Shown in pieces: positions 62,861 to 64,000 of a stretch of 64,000 nucleotides of DNA (position 1 is the stretch's first letter; every line of letters begins with the position of its first letter). Origin of the DNA: Rhina ancylostomus (taxonomy: Eukaryota); the NCBI GenBank assembly GCA_030265395.1, contig JARFYF010000094.1, positions 94,596,880 to 94,660,879 on the forward strand, in the 5' to 3' direction. The notes beneath the pieces were generated by a model. The model saw nothing but the letters and a program-made list of their open reading frames with translations. It was not told where the DNA came from and did not search any database. Made by a program: the position numbers and the translations under genes.

Positions 62861-64000
62861 CAACCTTTAAAGTCTTTTGATCCTTTGTCTGAAGGGAGTC
62901 CATCACGTAGGGCCAGAATAGGCAGACGGCGAGCCAGCGGTCCGTACAAGTTCAGAAGAATGGAACGCACTAGGAATGATATGCAGGTTCATCTGACCTC
63001 CCACTCCACCCCTGGTTTCACCACTCAGTCCAGGGATGTCCCATAACTTACTGCCCTAAGGGGCCTAATACACTGTGTCTCTGACCTCTTAGCTTTACAC
63101 CAACCAGAGCTGGCATAGCTGAATGGGTTCTCTGGCCCTTTTTGTTTAAAAAGTAAAAGTAAGTGAAGTTAAGCGGTTTGTTTATTTTTACTTTTTTGGA
63201 TTAACATTTTTTTCAATTAACATGTCAACTAAATATGTTTTAAGTGACACAATGCCTCTATAAAATCCAAGATTCCATATGCTTCATTAATTGCTTTCTC
63301 AACCTGCCCTGCCATTTTCAATGAACTATGCAAATATTTCCCCTTGTCTTGTACTCCTTTTAGAGTTGTGCCCTCTAGTTTATCCTGCTTTTCTCATCCT
63401 TCCTATCAAACCGTGACACTTGAAATCTCCCAGCATTAAATTTCATTCACCTCTGATCCACTCAATCCACCAGCCCTTCTCCATCTCCTTGAATCCTTTA
63501 TTCTGGCTTGGAATAGTATTGTTACTGTGTGCAGCCTTACTGAGTTTCATCTCATCTGAAGGTGCCAGATTTGATGACAGTTTTAAAACTGCTTGATTGT
63601 GTTTGGAATTTTTATGTAGGTATCAACCTGTTCCTATTTCAAGTGAGTTAGCACCATTGTTAAGGGTTTGGGTAATGAAACGTCAAGTGATATATTGTGC
63701 ATTTACCATCTAATATTTCCCACAGTAACTTCTAGCCTTTAGATGCTGATTTTGAGAGTGGCTATATGATTCTGTGTGCTCAGAAAAGTGATTCTGCTGA
63801 GTCAGAATGGTGGAAAGATAAGGTGTTCACATTGGTTTAGGGAATAAGAGGCCATGGGAGAGCTTGGTGAGCAAATTAGGAAAATTAGAGAAGGTTGGGT
63901 GACTTGTTGAAGTAGCAAAGACAGCTGAATGATCACAGACCTTCCTGCAGTATGTTAAACGGATCACATCTATTCAAGGAAACATTGTGAATGAAGCATT

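Larger units (their letters stand above)
9261..64000 (+). other. Intron 1 (partial) of the putative DNER gene
   Basis: GTAAGG donor at 9261. No EGF2-type exon (C..PC..G.C pattern after an AG) was recognised downstream, although one could lie in an N-gap. Confidence 0.65.

Noticed and set aside
1-64000. CRISPR arrays, operons or prokaryotic systems
   Set aside because: This is eukaryotic intron- and repeat-rich DNA; there is no regularly spaced repeat-spacer array and no long intact ORF.

Overview
Vertebrate nuclear DNA, not prokaryotic. The repeat content (HE1-like V-SINEs, DeuSINEs, CR1, Rex1/Babar, Tx1-like L1, Penelope-like elements) points to a cartilaginous fish (shark or ray; inference). 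The only host coding sequence I can support is a 180-nt first coding exon at 9081-9260 (+). It encodes a signal peptide plus one EGF repeat, ends in a phase-0 GT donor and lies in a CpG island. It best matches exon 1 of DNER, so 9261-64000 is read as part of a very long intron 1; I did not find exon 2. The rest is decayed transposons, about a dozen N-gaps and some candidate conserved non-coding elements. The most notable structure is a Penelope terminal-repeat module, present in at least 12 copies or fragments, whose better-preserved copies carry a minimal hammerhead-ribozyme core (CUGAUGA...GAAA-CG-UH). It occurs at the end of Penelope bodies, as stand-alone inserts (one with a TSD) and as head-to-head inverted pairs. 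One 2.1-kb Penelope copy has a 16-bp TSD and a twin-priming-like inversion. Most entries in the ORF track are spurious or transposon-derived. Repeat boundaries are approximate, and all family names come from motif recognition, not database searches.
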